A stretch of 64,000 bases of DNA. Origin: Deltaproteobacteria bacterium (GTDB taxonomy: Bacteria > Desulfobacterota > GWC2-55-46). The translations under genes and the position numbers were made by a program. The notes below the pieces were generated by a model that was not told the DNA's origin, made no database searches, and was given only the letters and a program-made list of their open reading frames with translations. Shown one piece after another: positions 33,245 to 45,599 of the stretch (position 1 is the first letter of the stretch; each line of letters begins with the position of its first letter). Location: assembly GCA_016234405.1 (NCBI GenBank), contig JACRCC010000048.1, positions 28,968 through 92,967 of the forward strand. The letters are read 5' to 3'.

Positions 33245-34744
33245 ATGACATACGACCGGAAAAACATCCTTGCCCTGACTTCAATAATGGCCGCCTTTCA
33301 AAAGGCTAAAGACCTCAAGGTCTTGAGATGGGTCTACCGGAGGCTCGCCTCCATCACCACCTCGGTCTACGTCCTCCTTGCCACGGCCTTTTTGTATCTC
33401 ATAGGCACGATATTTCCGCAGGGCGGCAACTACTCCGAATACGCAAAGACCGGGGGCAGGTTCGTTTGGGCCGTGGATGCCTTTGAACTGCTCGATTTTT
33501 TCACCTCTCCGCTCTTCCTCGTTTGCGCCTTCATACTTTTGGCTAACCTCGTCGTGTGCGCGTATGACCGGTATCCGATGATTTTTTCAAAAGGCCCATA
33601 TCCGGCGGAATTCAAACCCACGCACACGTTCTTTCTCACGCACGACATAGCAGACGCCCACGGCGAGGTAAGGGGGATTTTACGGGCAGATCTCGGATTT
33701 AAACTCATCAGCAAAGACGGTTCGTGGATAGTGATGGAACGGGGACTTCCGTACAAACTCCTTACGTGGCTCTATCACCTCGGCATAATCGCGCTCTTTT
33801 TGGGCTTTATTCTAACTTATCTCTTTGCCTTTGAAGACAAACTTACGCTCTGGCCGGGCAAGAGCAACTCCGTGGCGCCTTCGGTTACCGGACGGGTCCA
33901 ATATCTCTTAGGGATGAAGCCTTCGAGGGGCGACTGGGTGTTAATCCTCGACGAATTTATGACGGAATACCACCGGTCCCCGAAACTCGACTACCCTAAG
34001 GACAAATTCTCCCGCCTTGCAACGGGGCTTGGCTGGAACCCGCCGGCCTATATTCTCGAAGGCGAAACGCTATTCCCCAAGGACTGGAAGTCGGCCGTGA
34101 GGGTCATGCAGGGGATACGGATGCTCGACCAAAAGGTTATCGAGGTGAACGACCCCATGAAGTTCGGCGGCTACACGTTCTATCAGGAGGGGTTCGAGCA
34201 GAGGTTGAGCGTCAGGATTGACTCCAACCCCATCCCGCTCATAGTCAAGACAAACGAGGACGTCTATATCCCCGGCCTCGACCACGCCATAAGGTTCGAC
34301 ACCCTGAGAAACGGCAAACTCTTTAAGTTGAACGGCGAGACCGAAGAGATAAAACCATACACGGAAATCAAGGCCGCCGCAAAGGACGTCTCAGGAAAAT
34401 ACGAAGACGCGGGCGCGATAGCGGCCGGAGGGTCGATCCAGATGGGGGGCAAGAGGATAACCCTGTCGGACTTCGAGGAAGGCGCGGTCATCAGCTACCG
34501 TTACGACCCCGGTGTGCCGCTTTTGTGGGCAAGCGGCATATTCGTGCTCGCAGCCATGACGCTGCGCCTCTGGGGTTCTTGGCATATTCTCGCGTACCGG
34601 ATTGACGATAACGACGGCATGGTATTCCTCGACATATACGTCGCCTCAAAAGGGCTGCTCGCGGACGCCGAAAAGCTCGTAAAAAGACTCGAATACCACC
34701 TGACAAGATACGACCTCAAACCGGCCCAGATGCCTCCGGCGTAG
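33245..34744 (+). CDS. ccsB: cytochrome c biogenesis protein ResB/CcsB (Ccs1) family
   Basis: N-terminal TM with LIGTIFPQGG (ResB signature). Large periplasmic domain and C-terminal TM. Adjacent to ccsA. Confidence 0.65.
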   Translation: MTYDRKNILALTSIMAAFQKAKDLKVLRWVYRRLASITTSVYVLLATAFLYLIGTIFPQGGNYSEYAKTGGRFVWAVDAFELLDFFTSPLFLVCAFILLANLVVCAYDRYPMIFSKGPYPAEFKPTHTFFLTHDIADAHGEVRGILRADLGFKLISKDGSWIVMERGLPYKLLTWLYHLGIIALFLGFILTYLFAFEDKLTLWPGKSNSVAPSVTGRVQYLLGMKPSRGDWVLILDEFMTEYHRSPKLDYPKDKFSRLATGLGWNPPAYILEGETLFPKDWKSAVRVMQGIRMLDQKVIEVNDPMKFGGYTFYQEGFEQRLSVRIDSNPIPLIVKTNEDVYIPGLDHAIRFDTLRNGKLFKLNGETEEIKPYTEIKAAAKDVSGKYEDAGAIAAGGSIQMGGKRITLSDFEEGAVISYRYDPGVPLLWASGIFVLAAMTLRLWGSWHILAYRIDDNDGMVFLDIYVASKGLLADAEKLVKRLEYHLTRYDLKPAQMPPA

Positions 34745-34968
34745 CTCAGGGCTTTAGCCCGGCGGTCGGACTTCCGGCCATTAGCAGTTCCGTGCCCTTT
34801 GCGTCGAGCACCCGCTGCGCCACGCCCTTCCCCTGATAACGATACTCGATGGTCGTGGTCTCGCCCAGCGGATTGGTTTTACTCGTGATTTGGTAAAAGG
34901 GGACATTATTACTTTGGCGGATCACAACAAAAGTCTGTTACCGTAAAAGCGGATTAACTCTCCTTCGC

Positions 34969-37470
34969 CTATCCGACCTCGTACAACTCAAGACGCCCCG
35001 CCCATCTGGCCTTTAAGACTTTTTTCAAAACCATGCCCTCGTCGCCATCGAGGCCTGGGTTTTCCGCCAGATATCTTAAGGCCTCATCCCGCGCGGTCTT
35101 AAGAAGGTTTAAATCCGAAAAGGCAGAAGACGTCCTGAAATCAGGCAGTCCTGATTGGCGCGTGCCGAGGAAACTGCCCGGCCCCCTGAGCTTCAAATCC
35201 TCATCGGCAATCCTAAAACCGTCCATTGTCTCCTCCATCACCTTTAAACGCCTGTAGGTATCCTCCGAGTTTGTCCATTGGGCGAGAAGCAAACACAGAG
35301 ACGCCTTATCCCCCCTGCCGACCCTGCCCCTCAACTGATGCAGCTGCGCAAGCCCGAACCTCTCGGCGTGCTCCACGAGCATGACCGTTGCGTTGGGCAC
35401 GTCAACGCCGACCTCGATAACGGTCGTGCATACGAGCGCGGCGATATTGCCGTCTTTGAACTCCTTCATAACCGCCTCTTTTTCGGCGGACTTCAACCTG
35501 CCGTGGAGGAGGCCGACCTTATAATCCGGGAAAACGTCTTTTGCGAGATGCGCCTTCATGCGCGTTGCGTCCTTGAGGCTCAGATCCTCTGACTCTTCGA
35601 CGAGCGGGTAGACGATATAGCACTGCCGGCCGTTAATCAGCTCTTTTCGGATTGCGTCGTAGGCCTTCTTGCGATGAGACTCCCTTATGACAACGGTCTT
35701 GACGGGCGTCCTGCCCGGGGGGAGTTCGTCAACGACCGACACGTCGAGGTCCCCGAAGACCGTCATGCCCAGAGTCCTCGGTATCGGGGTTGCGGTCATA
35801 ATCAGTATGTCCGGCGAGACGTCGCCGGGAGAAAAGCCGCCCTTTTTCTTCAACTCAGCGCGCTGCGCCACTCCGAACCTGTGCTGTTCGTCTATCACGG
35901 CAAGCCCAAGTCTTTTAAACTCGACGTCTTTCTGGATTATCGCATGGGTGCCGATAATGAGGCCGGCGTCGCCGTTTTTAATCGCAGCGAGGGCAGCGCC
36001 CCTTGCGGCCTTAGCAGCGCCGCCCTTGAGCAGGATAATCTTTATGCCGAGGGCTTGGGCGTATTTATGTATGGTGAGGCAGTGCTGCTCCGCGAGTATC
36101 TCCGTCGGCGCCATGATGGCCACCTGATACCCCGATTCAATCGCCATGAGCGCAGAGATGAAACTTATAACCGTTTTGCCTGAGCCTACGTCGCCCTGAA
36201 TGAGTCTATTCATGGGATGCGGCGCAGACATGTCGGACTTTATCTCCGTAAGCGTCCTTTCCTGCGCGGCTGTCAGCTTGAAAGGCAGCAGCCCTCGAAG
36301 TTTACTCTCAAGGGCGCAGGCATTGGGGTAAGCGGCCTTAAACGCAATTCCCGGTTCCTTTTTTATGTTGTCCCTTTTAAGCGCAAGGCCAATCTCCAAC
36401 ATGAAAAGCTCGTCAAAGGTAAGGGAATCCATCACGGTCTTAGACCGGTCTCCTCCGTTGTCCGGGGGGTTATGCCCCCCTTGAATATGCGCCTCTTTAA
36501 AGGCAACGGAGAGCGGCAAAAGCGAATTGCGCCTGCGCACGCCGCCGGGAACGCCGTCAACGCACAAGTCCGAATAACGCCCAACAATTTCGCGCACTAT
36601 CTTGCGGATCGTCTTCTGATGAAAATTTTCTATCTGCGAGTAAATCGGCACAATGCCGCATGACGGCAAAGGCTGCGCGTCCTCTTCGCCGGATAATTCG
36701 ACGTCCGGATGGATAATCTCAACTTGATGCCCGAACCGAGTTACGCTGCCGTAGATGACGAGCCGCGCGCCAGGCTTGAACCTGCCCTTCATGTAAGACA
36801 TCTTATAGTTGAACCACTTGAGCTTCAAGATGCCGCTGCCGTCTGAGACCGCCGCCTCGAAGACCTTGCGTCTGCCGTAGCGCGCCTCGCCCGAGGCGAG
36901 CACCTCTGCGGAGGTAACGGCGTTACTCCCCGGCGTCAGTTCCCGGATTTTTGTAAAATTCCTCCGGTCCTCGTATCTGATGGGCAGAAAATACAAAACG
37001 TCCTCGACTGTCTTTAGCCCCTTTGCCGCCAACCTTTCACCGAGCTTAGGCCCGATGCCCTTTACGAATTGAAGCGGCGTATCGAGGGCGTTGAGCCGCT
37101 TGTCAAGTTCCTCATGCGAAGGGGGCAATACCTCCGTTACCGGGTTTGCGGCGTAAGAGGGTATTATCTCCTTGCGCGGCGCGGCCATTGCATCAAGGAT
37201 ATCCAAACACCTAAGGATAACGTCCTTTTTAGATTCAACGCTGAGGGCGTCTATGCCTGAAACAGCCGATTTTAAACGCGCAAAACCCGCCTGTGCTTCA
37301 ACGGGGCAAGGGTGCTCCGCGCCCTTATCGCACAAACGCGCAACGGTGGACTCAAGTCCTTTTACTACGTTTATGTGCGTGAAGCCGTCTTTGGACGCGA
37401 AGGCGAGAGGTTTGCGGATTGCGGCTATTATCTCTTGAAGGGGATTTTTTTGTCCGCCGGTATCGCGCAT
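34969..37470 (-). CDS. recG: ATP-dependent DNA helicase RecG (long N-terminal form; exact start uncertain)
   Basis: Wedge-region GIGPKLGERLAAKGLKTVEDVLYFLPIRYEDR, helicase motifs GDVGSGKT, DEQHRFGV, and QLHQLRGRVGRG. Confidence 0.8.
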   Translation of the reverse strand: MRDTGGQKNPLQEIIAAIRKPLAFASKDGFTHINVVKGLESTVARLCDKGAEHPCPVEAQAGFARLKSAVSGIDALSVESKKDVILRCLDILDAMAAPRKEIIPSYAANPVTEVLPPSHEELDKRLNALDTPLQFVKGIGPKLGERLAAKGLKTVEDVLYFLPIRYEDRRNFTKIRELTPGSNAVTSAEVLASGEARYGRRKVFEAAVSDGSGILKLKWFNYKMSYMKGRFKPGARLVIYGSVTRFGHQVEIIHPDVELSGEEDAQPLPSCGIVPIYSQIENFHQKTIRKIVREIVGRYSDLCVDGVPGGVRRRNSLLPLSVAFKEAHIQGGHNPPDNGGDRSKTVMDSLTFDELFMLEIGLALKRDNIKKEPGIAFKAAYPNACALESKLRGLLPFKLTAAQERTLTEIKSDMSAPHPMNRLIQGDVGSGKTVISFISALMAIESGYQVAIMAPTEILAEQHCLTIHKYAQALGIKIILLKGGAAKAARGAALAAIKNGDAGLIIGTHAIIQKDVEFKRLGLAVIDEQHRFGVAQRAELKKKGGFSPGDVSPDILIMTATPIPRTLGMTVFGDLDVSVVDELPPGRTPVKTVVIRESHRKKAYDAIRKELINGRQCYIVYPLVEESEDLSLKDATRMKAHLAKDVFPDYKVGLLHGRLKSAEKEAVMKEFKDGNIAALVCTTVIEVGVDVPNATVMLVEHAERFGLAQLHQLRGRVGRGDKASLCLLLAQWTNSEDTYRRLKVMEETMDGFRIADEDLKLRGPGSFLGTRQSGLPDFRTSSAFSDLNLLKTARDEALRYLAENPGLDGDEGMVLKKVLKARWAGRLELYEVG

Positions 37471-37660
37471 GACTGAGTCCGTTCACGACTGCTACATTTC
37501 AACCCTGGTTACGACCCCGTGCAGCTTGTTGGGCGGAAGTTTGTAGAACTGCAAAAACGACGGGGTGAGTTTTTTGATGAACGAAAAATCTTCCATGCGA
37601 CGTTCGAGGCGGGCGTTCCGATTTCGCCGAAGACGAGACCGAGGGATTTTATAATCTTGT

Positions 37661-40600
37661 TCATTTCAGAGTAATACCCGTTGCAGCCCCTTTGGATTGA
37701 CCGGATAACCGTTTATGATACTCCTGAAGGGGCGCCACATCAAGACCTTCTTTTATGGCCGCCTTTATTGCCATAGCCGCCGCCTTTGCGCCGGCTATAG
37801 TGGTGAAATACGGCAGCCCCATCTCTATGGAGCTTCTCCTGATGGAATACGAATCGGCCGCCGACTTCGCGCCGAAAGATGTGTTTATCACCATATCCAC
37901 CTCCCTGCTCTTTATCCTGTCCACGATATTGGGCCTGCCCTCGGTTACCTTGTACACGCCCTCTGCCTCGACCCCGTTTTCCTTGAGGAACCGCGCCGTG
38001 CCTCCTGTTGCGATTATCTTGAAACCCATTGCATGAAGCTCGCGGGCGGCTCCGATTATTTCGGGTTTGTCGTCGTCGCGCACGCTTATGAAGACCCTGC
38101 CTCCGGATGGCAGCCTGTTGCCCGCGGCTATCTGCGCCTTTGCGAACGCCCCGCCGAAATCCTTTGATATGCCCATGACCTCCCCGGTTGACTTCATCTC
38201 AGGGCCTAAAAGCGTATCCACGCCCGGAAATCTCAGGAACGGAAAGACCGCCTCCTTCACGGACGTATAAAGCGGAATCACCTCTTCGGTAAATCCGAGT
38301 TCGTTAAGCGTTTCGCCCAGCATGACCTTTGTTGCGAGTTTGGCAAGCTGCACACCTATGGCCTTACTGACAAACGGTATGGTGCGCGATGCGCGGGGGT
38401 TTACCTCGAGGACGTAGATGGCGCCGTCTTTCACCGCGTACTGGACGTTCATAAGACCCTTGACCTTCAACCCGGCCGCAAGGAGCTTCGTTTGTCTGCG
38501 TATCTCGTCGAGGGTGTCTTTGCCGAGGGAATACGGCGGCAGGGAGCATGCCGAATCGCCCGAATGAACGCCCGCCTCTTCTATGTGCTCCATGATGCCG
38601 CCTATGACGAAGGTCTGGCCGTCGCTTATGCAGTCCACGTCAACCTCCACGGCGTTGGAGAGAAAATGGTCGGCATAGATGTCAAGGTCGCGGTCGGGTG
38701 AGACCGAGAGTTTTTTCAGATACTCGATAAGCTCAGCGTCGCCGTAGACTATCGCCATGGCCCTGCCGCCGAGGACGTAAGACGGTCTTACGATTATCGG
38801 ATATTTTATCCGTGAGACAAGCCCTCTGATACCTTCAAAAATTCCGGCCTCAAACGCCTTCTTATCCGGCCTGATATCAAAACCTTCGGGGTATTTGAGT
38901 TTCAGCCTGTCTAACAGTTCCCTAAACCTGAACCTGTCCTCAGCCATGTCAATCGAATCCGAAGAAGTTCCAAGTATCTTTACCCCCGCCTTTTCAAGGG
39001 GGACCGCGAGTTTTAAAGGGGTTTGCCCGCCGAGCTGAACGATAACACCAAAGGGTTTTTCCTTTTCGATTATGGCCATTACGTCCTCGAAGGTAAGCGG
39101 CTCGAAGTAAAGCCTGTCCGAGGTGTCGTAATCGGTTGAAACGGTCTCAGGGTTGCAGTTCACCATTATAGATTCGACGCCAAGTTCTTTGAGCGCAAAG
39201 GATGCGTGCACGCAGCAGTAATCGAACTCTATCCCTTGGCCGATGCGGTTCGGGCCGGAGCCGAGGATAATCACCTTCTTATTTGAAGTAGGGTTTGCCT
39301 CGCAGGCGCTCACCTTTTCAATCAAAGGTGGTAATCCCCCCTTTCCCTCCGAGACCTTATAAAAAGGCGTCTCGTATGTTGAATATAGATACGGGGTGTG
39401 CGCTTCAAACTCCGCGGCGCAGGTGTCAACGGTCTTGAATACCGGCTCGATGCCCGCATCTCTTGCGGATTTTTTAATTGCTTCTTCGGACGACCCTGAA
39501 ATGATTGCGATCATCTTATCCGAAAAGCCGTTTTCCTTTGCCTTTCTGAGAAGCTGCGGGGAGAGCCCTTCAACGCGCCTCGATTGCCAGTATATGCCCT
39601 CTTCAAGTTCAACGATGTCGCGTAGATTATTTAAAAACCATCTGTCAATCTTGGTCAACTCGTATATATCGTCAACGTGCATCCCTGAGCGCAGGGCCTC
39701 GCATATATACATAAGCCGCTCGGCCTTGGGGGTTTTAAGCATCTGCCGCAAGACGTCCTGCTCGGCTTCCGTTGCCCTGAGCGTAACCTCTTGCCGGTCT
39801 ATCCTGATTTTCCTCTCGAACCCGAAACTCCCCGTCTCAAGAGACCTCACGGCCTTTTGCATGGCCTCCTTGAAAGTCCTGCCTATGGCCATTGCCTCGC
39901 CCACGGACTTCATCTGCACGGTGAGCGTGGTGTCGGCGTTCGGGAACTTGGCGAAGGCAAACCTCGGTATCTTGACGACCACGTAATCTATCGTCGGCTC
40001 AAAACACGCGGGGGTTTTTTTCGTGATGTCGTTGGGTATCTCGTCGAGCGTATAACCCACCGCGAGTTTCGCGGCGATTTTCGCTATGGGAAAACCCGTT
40101 GCCTTGCTCGCAAGGGCGGATGAGCGCGACACACGGGGGTTCATCTCTATGACGTAGACCTTTCCGTTGTCAGGGTTTACGGAAAACTGGATGTTGCTGC
40201 CGCCCGTGTCAACGCCTATCTCGCGTATTATCTTAATCGCGCTGTCTCTTAAAATTTGATATTCCTTGTCGGTCAGGGTCTGCGCCGGGGCTACCGTGAT
40301 GGAATCCCCGGTGTGGATGCCCATTGGGTCGAAGTTTTCGATGGAGCATATTATGACGACGTTGTCGTTGCCGTCGCGCATGACCTCAAGCTCGAATTCC
40401 TTCCAGCCGATGACGGACTCCTCTATGAGGACTTCGTTGACCGGGCTGCACTCAAGGCCGAAGCGCACCATGTCCTCGTATTCCAGCCTGTTATACGCTA
40501 CGGCGCCTCCGGTTCCGCCGAGCGTAAAGGACGGACGGATGATTACGGGAAAGTTCATCTGCTCGATAACCTCGATGGCGCGGGAAAAAGTTCTCACGTC

Positions 40601-41041
40601 GAAACTTCTTGGCACGTCAAGACCGATCTTGTGCATGGCGAGCTTAAATAGCTCCCTGTCCTCCGCCTTTTTTATCGCCGGTAGTTTTGCGCCTATCATC
40701 TCTACGTTGTATTTATCAAGCACGCCGGACTCGGCCAATTTCACCGATACGTTCAGGGCCGTCTGCCCGCCCATCGTGGGCAGGAGCGCGTCAGGCCGCT
40801 CTTTTTCGATTATCTTCTCCACCATCTCCGGCGTAATCGGCTCGATGTAAGTCCTGTCCGCAAGCGTCGGATCGGTCATGATGGTCGCCGGGTTGGAATT
40901 GACGAGTATGACCTCATACCCGTCTTCCTTCAAGGCCTTGCACGCCTGCGTGCCCGAGTAGTCGAACTCGCACGCCTGACCGATGACTATCGGCCCTGAG
41001 CCGATGATGAGGATTTTTTTGATGTCAATGCGTTTAGGCAA
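37661..41041 (-). CDS. carB: carbamoyl-phosphate synthase large subunit
   Basis: Starts [33 protein letters not shown]. Duplicated ATP-grasp halves and an MGS-like C-terminal domain; 1126 aa. Confidence 0.9.
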   Translation of the reverse strand: MPKRIDIKKILIIGSGPIVIGQACEFDYSGTQACKALKEDGYEVILVNSNPATIMTDPTLADRTYIEPITPEMVEKIIEKERPDALLPTMGGQTALNVSVKLAESGVLDKYNVEMIGAKLPAIKKAEDRELFKLAMHKIGLDVPRSFDVRTFSRAIEVIEQMNFPVIIRPSFTLGGTGGAVAYNRLEYEDMVRFGLECSPVNEVLIEESVIGWKEFELEVMRDGNDNVVIICSIENFDPMGIHTGDSITVAPAQTLTDKEYQILRDSAIKIIREIGVDTGGSNIQFSVNPDNGKVYVIEMNPRVSRSSALASKATGFPIAKIAAKLAVGYTLDEIPNDITKKTPACFEPTIDYVVVKIPRFAFAKFPNADTTLTVQMKSVGEAMAIGRTFKEAMQKAVRSLETGSFGFERKIRIDRQEVTLRATEAEQDVLRQMLKTPKAERLMYICEALRSGMHVDDIYELTKIDRWFLNNLRDIVELEEGIYWQSRRVEGLSPQLLRKAKENGFSDKMIAIISGSSEEAIKKSARDAGIEPVFKTVDTCAAEFEAHTPYLYSTYETPFYKVSEGKGGLPPLIEKVSACEANPTSNKKVIILGSGPNRIGQGIEFDYCCVHASFALKELGVESIMVNCNPETVSTDYDTSDRLYFEPLTFEDVMAIIEKEKPFGVIVQLGGQTPLKLAVPLEKAGVKILGTSSDSIDMAEDRFRFRELLDRLKLKYPEGFDIRPDKKAFEAGIFEGIRGLVSRIKYPIIVRPSYVLGGRAMAIVYGDAELIEYLKKLSVSPDRDLDIYADHFLSNAVEVDVDCISDGQTFVIGGIMEHIEEAGVHSGDSACSLPPYSLGKDTLDEIRRQTKLLAAGLKVKGLMNVQYAVKDGAIYVLEVNPRASRTIPFVSKAIGVQLAKLATKVMLGETLNELGFTEEVIPLYTSVKEAVFPFLRFPGVDTLLGPEMKSTGEVMGISKDFGGAFAKAQIAAGNRLPSGGRVFISVRDDDKPEIIGAARELHAMGFKIIATGGTARFLKENGVEAEGVYKVTEGRPNIVDRIKSREVDMVINTSFGAKSAADSYSIRRSSIEMGLPYFTTIAGAKAAAMAIKAAIKEGLDVAPLQEYHKRLSGQSKGAATGITLK

Positions 41042-41080
41042 AGGAAAGGCTCCTTGAGGTTATACGAACAATCGCAAGCA

Positions 41081-41401
41081 TTAAGCGGCAAAAACAATCT
41101 CGCCGTTTTTTGAATATTCGGCGATTGAAGAATCGCCCTTTCGCCACTCCTCGGGCGTCATGGCAACCGCCTCTATAGGCTCGAAGACCTCGTATATGGC
41201 TTCCGAGAGGATTTCTATTCTCTCCCAAAATCCCTTGCCAGCGAAATCGTCGGACACTACGACGACATCTATGTCGCTCCCCTCTTTAAACGTGCCTGCG
41301 GCATAAGACCCGTAGAGGATCAACTTTGAAATCCTGATGCCCCTTGATTCAAGGGCCGTTTTGAACCTTTCGACAGCGGTTAAAGCTGCTTTTTTATCCA
41401 T
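41081..41401 (-). CDS. nucleotidyltransferase-domain protein (MNT/Pol-beta-like minimal NTase), solitary
   Basis: GSYAAGTFKEGSDIDVVVV matches the GSx9-13DxD NTase fold motif. No HEPN partner ORF adjacent. Confidence 0.5.
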   Translation of the reverse strand: MDKKAALTAVERFKTALESRGIRISKLILYGSYAAGTFKEGSDIDVVVVSDDFAGKGFWERIEILSEAIYEVFEPIEAVAMTPEEWRKGDSSIAEYSKNGEIVFAA

Positions 41402-41714
41402 TGGATAACCTCCTTGGCGACATCAAGAACTTCACGCACTGCGTCCATTGTCTAATCGCTCTGTAATTTTTCAAGGTCTGCCGGGTATCTGGTGGCGATA
41501 TTCGCCAACGAATAAAGAAAAGTCATGATGGGCTGACAAATAGGCTGTGAAATGTATTCCAACAAGCAGCAATGCGAAAGCTATCATAATATTCATAGCA
41601 AACACTGTAAAGTCGTAAAGAACATCTTTATCTTTGAGCATATGCTTCCCCGTTTAACTGGTTAAAACCACATTCCCTCACCCTTAGTCTTGCATGGTGG
41701 ACACCGCCCACCGC

Positions 41715-42836
41715 CTACCCCCTCCCCATCATCTCGACAAACCTCTTGAAGAGATACTGCGAATCGTGCGGCCCGGGCGATGCCTCCGGGTGGTACTGCA
41801 CGGAAAAGAGCGGGAGCTTCGTGTGCGCGAGGCCCTCGACCGTCCTGTCGTTTAAATTTATGTGCGTAACCTCGGCGACCCCCTTCAAAGATTCCATGTC
41901 AACCGCGAAGCCGTGGTTCTGCGCGGTTATCTCAACCTTCTTGGTGGTCAAGTCCCGCACGGGCTGGTTCGCGCCCCTGTGGCCGAACTTCAATTTATAA
42001 GTCCTGCCTCCTAGCGCAAGGGACAATATCTGGTGTCCGAGGCATATCCCGAATATGGGCCTTTTGCCGATGAGTTTTGCGACGCTCTCTTTCGCGTAAG
42101 GCACGGCGTCAGGGTCTCCGGGGCCGTTTGATAAAAATATCCCGTCAGGGTTCATGGCGAGCACGGTCTCGGCCGATGTCGAGGCCGGAACGACCGTAAC
42201 GTCGCAACCTGCATTGGAGAGACTCCGCAGAATGTTTCGCTTCATGCCGTAATCATACGCGACGACCTTGAAACGCTTGCCTTTGGAGGGTCTTTTTTTA
42301 TAGCCGTCTTCGATGGTCCAAAGTCCCTCCGACCATGCGTAGGGCTTTTCGCACGAAACCTCTTTTACGAGGTCTACGCCAACGAGGCCCGGAGATTCCT
42401 TTGCCTTTTTTACGAGCCTCAACGGATGTCCGTCAATCGTAGAGATTACAGCCTGCATCGCGCCCTTATCGCGGATTATGCGCGTAAGCGCGCGCGTGTC
42501 AATGCCCGATATTCCGACGATGCCGTGCCTTTTTAAATAAGCGAGCAATACATCAGACGACCTCCAGCTGCTCGGATAAAGGCACGGCTCCTTTACTATA
42601 AAACCCTCGACCCACGGTCTGCCGGATTCGATGTCTTCTTCGTTTATGCCGTAGTTACCCTGATGGCTGTAGGTCATCGTGACTATCTGACCCTTGTACG
42701 AAGGGTCGGTCAATACCTCCTGATACCCGGTCATGGAGGTGTTGAAAACCACCTCGCCTATTGTCTCTCCGTCAGCGCCGAATGAAGTCCCCTCAAATAC
42801 AGTCCCGTCGGAGAGCGCAAGAAATGCCTTTTTCAT
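41715..42836 (-). CDS. carA: carbamoyl-phosphate synthase small subunit (glutamine amidotransferase); start taken at MKKAFLAL
   Basis: GICLGHQ catalytic Cys motif and HPE motif. N-terminal CPSase small-chain domain. Confidence 0.85.
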   Translation of the reverse strand: MKKAFLALSDGTVFEGTSFGADGETIGEVVFNTSMTGYQEVLTDPSYKGQIVTMTYSHQGNYGINEEDIESGRPWVEGFIVKEPCLYPSSWRSSDVLLAYLKRHGIVGISGIDTRALTRIIRDKGAMQAVISTIDGHPLRLVKKAKESPGLVGVDLVKEVSCEKPYAWSEGLWTIEDGYKKRPSKGKRFKVVAYDYGMKRNILRSLSNAGCDVTVVPASTSAETVLAMNPDGIFLSNGPGDPDAVPYAKESVAKLIGKRPIFGICLGHQILSLALGGRTYKLKFGHRGANQPVRDLTTKKVEITAQNHGFAVDMESLKGVAEVTHINLNDRTVEGLAHTKLPLFSVQYHPEASPGPHDSQYLFKRFVEMMGRG

Positions 42837-44134
42837 TTTGCACCTTCCAATTCGTAAACCACGTGGCCGCCGAGGAACGTCTTGACCACCCTGCCCTTCA
42901 AGGTCTTGCCGAGCCACGGTGTGTTCTTTGATTTGGATTTTAATTTATCCGGCTCAACGACCCACTTCATTGAAAGGTCAATGAGCGCAATGTCCGCGCT
43001 TGCCCCGACCTTTAAAGAACCCTTGTCGAGCGAAAACACCTTTGAGGGTTTTATCGTCATGGCGGAAACCATCTCATCGAGAGTCAGCGCGCCGGACTCT
43101 ACAAGACCGTATATTACCGCAAAAGCCGTCTCAAGGCCGATGATGCCGTTTGAAGCCTTGTCGAACTCAACGTCTTTTTCAACCGGCGACTGAGGGGCGT
43201 GGTCCGTTGCAATGCAGTCAATCGTCCCGTCTTTAAGACCGAGCATCAAGGCATCCGCGTCTTGCTTGGAACGCAGAGGCGGGTTCATCTTGGCGTTAGT
43301 ATCATACCCGGCAACCATTCCATCCGTGAGCGTCAGGTGATGCGGCGAGGCCTCGGCCGTTACCTTGACCCCGCGTTTTTTGGCGTTCCTTATTATATCA
43401 ACGGCCCAGGCGGTGGACACGTGCGCGACATGCAGACGCGCGCCAGTGAGCTCGGCAAGGGCAACGTCCCTGCCGACTATTACGTCCTCTGCCGCGTTGG
43501 GGATTCCCTTGAGTCCGAGCAGCGTGCTAACGCGCCCCTCGTTCATTACCGCGCATGAGGAGAGCGCAGGGTCTTCGGCATGAGTGATGACCGGAAGTCC
43601 GGCAATAAGCGAATACTCAAGGCCGCGTCTCATTACGGCCGCGCTCGCAACCGGCATCCCGTCATCTGACAAGGCAACGCACCCTGCCGCCTTCAATTCC
43701 GCGGCCTCCGTGAGCTTCTCACCCTTTAGTCCCATTGTTACCGCGCCAACGGGAAATACGTTTGCCCCGCATCCCTCGGCTTTTTTCAGGATATAGCGCG
43801 TAACCGATTCGTTGTCGTTCACGGGGTTGGTATTGGCCATGCAGAGGATTGAAGTAAACCCCCCGGCAGCGGCGGCGCTCGTTCCCGTCTCGATGGTCTC
43901 TTTATATTCAAAACCCGGCTCTCGCAGATGCGTGTGCGCGTCAACCATGCCGGGTATCACAAGAAGCCCTTTTGCATCGAGCACGTCAACGCCCGGCATT
44001 ATCTCTCCTGTATCCTCCGAGATGGACTTGACCGAGGCTATCCTGCCGGACATGACGTAGACGTTGTATAGGCCGTCAATCCCGGAAGACGGGTCGAGGA
44101 CGCGGCCGTTTTTTATGACAAGCCCGCTCATCAA
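42833..44134 (-). CDS. pyrC: dihydroorotase
   Basis: [10 protein letters not shown] metal-binding motif (HxH), amidohydrolase fold. Overlaps the pyrB stop and carA start. Confidence 0.8.
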   Translation of the reverse strand: MMSGLVIKNGRVLDPSSGIDGLYNVYVMSGRIASVKSISEDTGEIMPGVDVLDAKGLLVIPGMVDAHTHLREPGFEYKETIETGTSAAAAGGFTSILCMANTNPVNDNESVTRYILKKAEGCGANVFPVGAVTMGLKGEKLTEAAELKAAGCVALSDDGMPVASAAVMRRGLEYSLIAGLPVITHAEDPALSSCAVMNEGRVSTLLGLKGIPNAAEDVIVGRDVALAELTGARLHVAHVSTAWAVDIIRNAKKRGVKVTAEASPHHLTLTDGMVAGYDTNAKMNPPLRSKQDADALMLGLKDGTIDCIATDHAPQSPVEKDVEFDKASNGIIGLETAFAVIYGLVESGALTLDEMVSAMTIKPSKVFSLDKGSLKVGASADIALIDLSMKWVVEPDKLKSKSKNTPWLGKTLKGRVVKTFLGGHVVYELEGAK

Positions 44135-45066
44135 GCCGCCTCCTCCTTTGCCGCGCCCAGCAGCAGGTAGAATATCGCCATCCTAACGGCAACTCCGTTT
44201 GTTACCTGATCGAGTATGAGGGAGAACGGGCCGTCGGCGACTTCGGATGATATCTCCACGCCCCTGTTAATGGGTCCCGGGTGCATTATTACCACGTCTT
44301 TTTTAGCGCGTTTCAACTTTGCGGCGTCCAGCCCGTAAAGACGCGAATATTCCCGAACCGACGGAAAAAAAGATTCCTTCTGGCGTTCAAGCTGGAGACG
44401 GAGCATCATTATAATGTCCGCGTCCTTCAAGGCCGCAGGCATGTCATAGGTGGCCGCGCAGCCGAGGCTTTCGATATCCTTTGGCATCATGGTCGGAGGG
44501 GCAACGACGGTTACATGCGCGCCGAGTTTGGTGAAACCGTATATGTTCGAGCGGGCTACACGTGAATGCGCGATGTCGCCGACGATAGCCACGTTCAACC
44601 CCTCGACGCCCCCCTTTTTGTCCTTTACCGTCAGGATGTCGAGAAGGGCTTGGCTCGGATGCTCGTGGCTGCCGTCCCCTGCGTTCACCACCGAGCACCC
44701 GACGTAGCGCGAGAGCATCAAAGGCGCGCCCGCCGAGGAATGCCGTATCACGATGCAGTCGGGCCTCATGGCCTCGAGATTTTTTGCCGTGTCCTTCAGG
44801 GTCTCGCCCTTTACGACCGAGCTTGAAGACGTGGAGATGTTAACCGCGTCGGCGCTCATCCTCTTGGCGGCAATCTCAAAAGACGTCCGCGTCCTCGTGG
44901 ACGGCTCGTAGAAAAGATTTATTATCGTCTTGCCGCGCAGGGTCGGAACTTTTTTGATCTCTCGCTCGGAGACCTCCCTGAAAGAAGCGGCGGTTGAGAT
45001 GAGAATCTCAAGCTCGTCTTTCGTGAGGTCTTCGATGCCGAGGAGGTCTTTTCGTTTAAGTCTCAC
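44131..45066 (-). CDS. pyrB: aspartate carbamoyltransferase catalytic subunit
   Basis: [12 protein letters not shown] (STRTR carbamoyl-phosphate-binding motif), HPGP, HCLP-like motifs. Confidence 0.85.
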   Translation of the reverse strand: MRLKRKDLLGIEDLTKDELEILISTAASFREVSEREIKKVPTLRGKTIINLFYEPSTRTRTSFEIAAKRMSADAVNISTSSSSVVKGETLKDTAKNLEAMRPDCIVIRHSSAGAPLMLSRYVGCSVVNAGDGSHEHPSQALLDILTVKDKKGGVEGLNVAIVGDIAHSRVARSNIYGFTKLGAHVTVVAPPTMMPKDIESLGCAATYDMPAALKDADIIMMLRLQLERQKESFFPSVREYSRLYGLDAAKLKRAKKDVVIMHPGPINRGVEISSEVADGPFSLILDQVTNGVAVRMAIFYLLLGAAKEEAA

Positions 45067-45599
45067 GGGGCGGCCTCCACAATGACTTCGCTCACGCCGT
45101 CTATCTCCGCAAGATGCACCAAGACGGCTTCCTTCAATCCGGTCGGGATATTCTTTCCCACGTAGTCGGCCTTTACGGGCAGCTCTCTGTGTCCCCTGTC
45201 AACGAGCGTTGCAAGCTGAATGGAGTGCGGACGACCAAAATCCATAAGCGCGTTCAAGGCCGCCCTCACCGTGCGCCCGGTGAAGAGCACGTCGTCAACC
45301 ATGATGACGGTGCGTCCGTCAATGGAGATGGGTATGTCCATTTTTTTAAGCGGCGGCTGGTCTTTTTTTATCGTGAGGTCGTCCCTGTAAAGGGTCGCGT
45401 CCACCGCGCCTACGGGCGGTTTCATCTTTTCAATCGCCTCTATCGCGGCCTGAAGCCGCAAGGCCAAATGATACCCGCGCGTGGGGATGCCGAGTATGAC
45501 GATATCTTCAACGCCCTTGTTGCGCTCGATTATCTCGTGCGCGACCCTCGCAAGCGCCCTGTCAATGGCCACCGCGTCCATCACGAGCCTGTTTTTCAT
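45063..45599 (-). CDS. pyrR: bifunctional pyrimidine operon regulator / uracil phosphoribosyltransferase PyrR. Start at MKNRLVM (45599); the track's 45623 start corresponds to a TTG codon
   Basis: [29 protein letters not shown] aligns with PyrR N-termini. PRPP-binding [13 protein letters not shown]. Confidence 0.8.
   Translation of the reverse strand: MKNRLVMDAVAIDRALARVAHEIIERNKGVEDIVILGIPTRGYHLALRLQAAIEAIEKMKPPVGAVDATLYRDDLTIKKDQPPLKKMDIPISIDGRTVIMVDDVLFTGRTVRAALNALMDFGRPHSIQLATLVDRGHRELPVKADYVGKNIPTGLKEAVLVHLAEIDGVSEVIVEAAP

Noticed and set aside
41034-41228. 64-aa minus ORF overlapping carB end / nucleotidyltransferase
   Set aside because: It is out of frame with both flanking real genes and is Arg-rich. 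Likely a spurious overlap.
41401-41715. HEPN/HepT partner for the MNT-like nucleotidyltransferase
   Set aside because: Translating the minus strand here gave only short fragments (22-56 aa). None carried an Rx4-6H HEPN motif, so no intact HepT partner is present.
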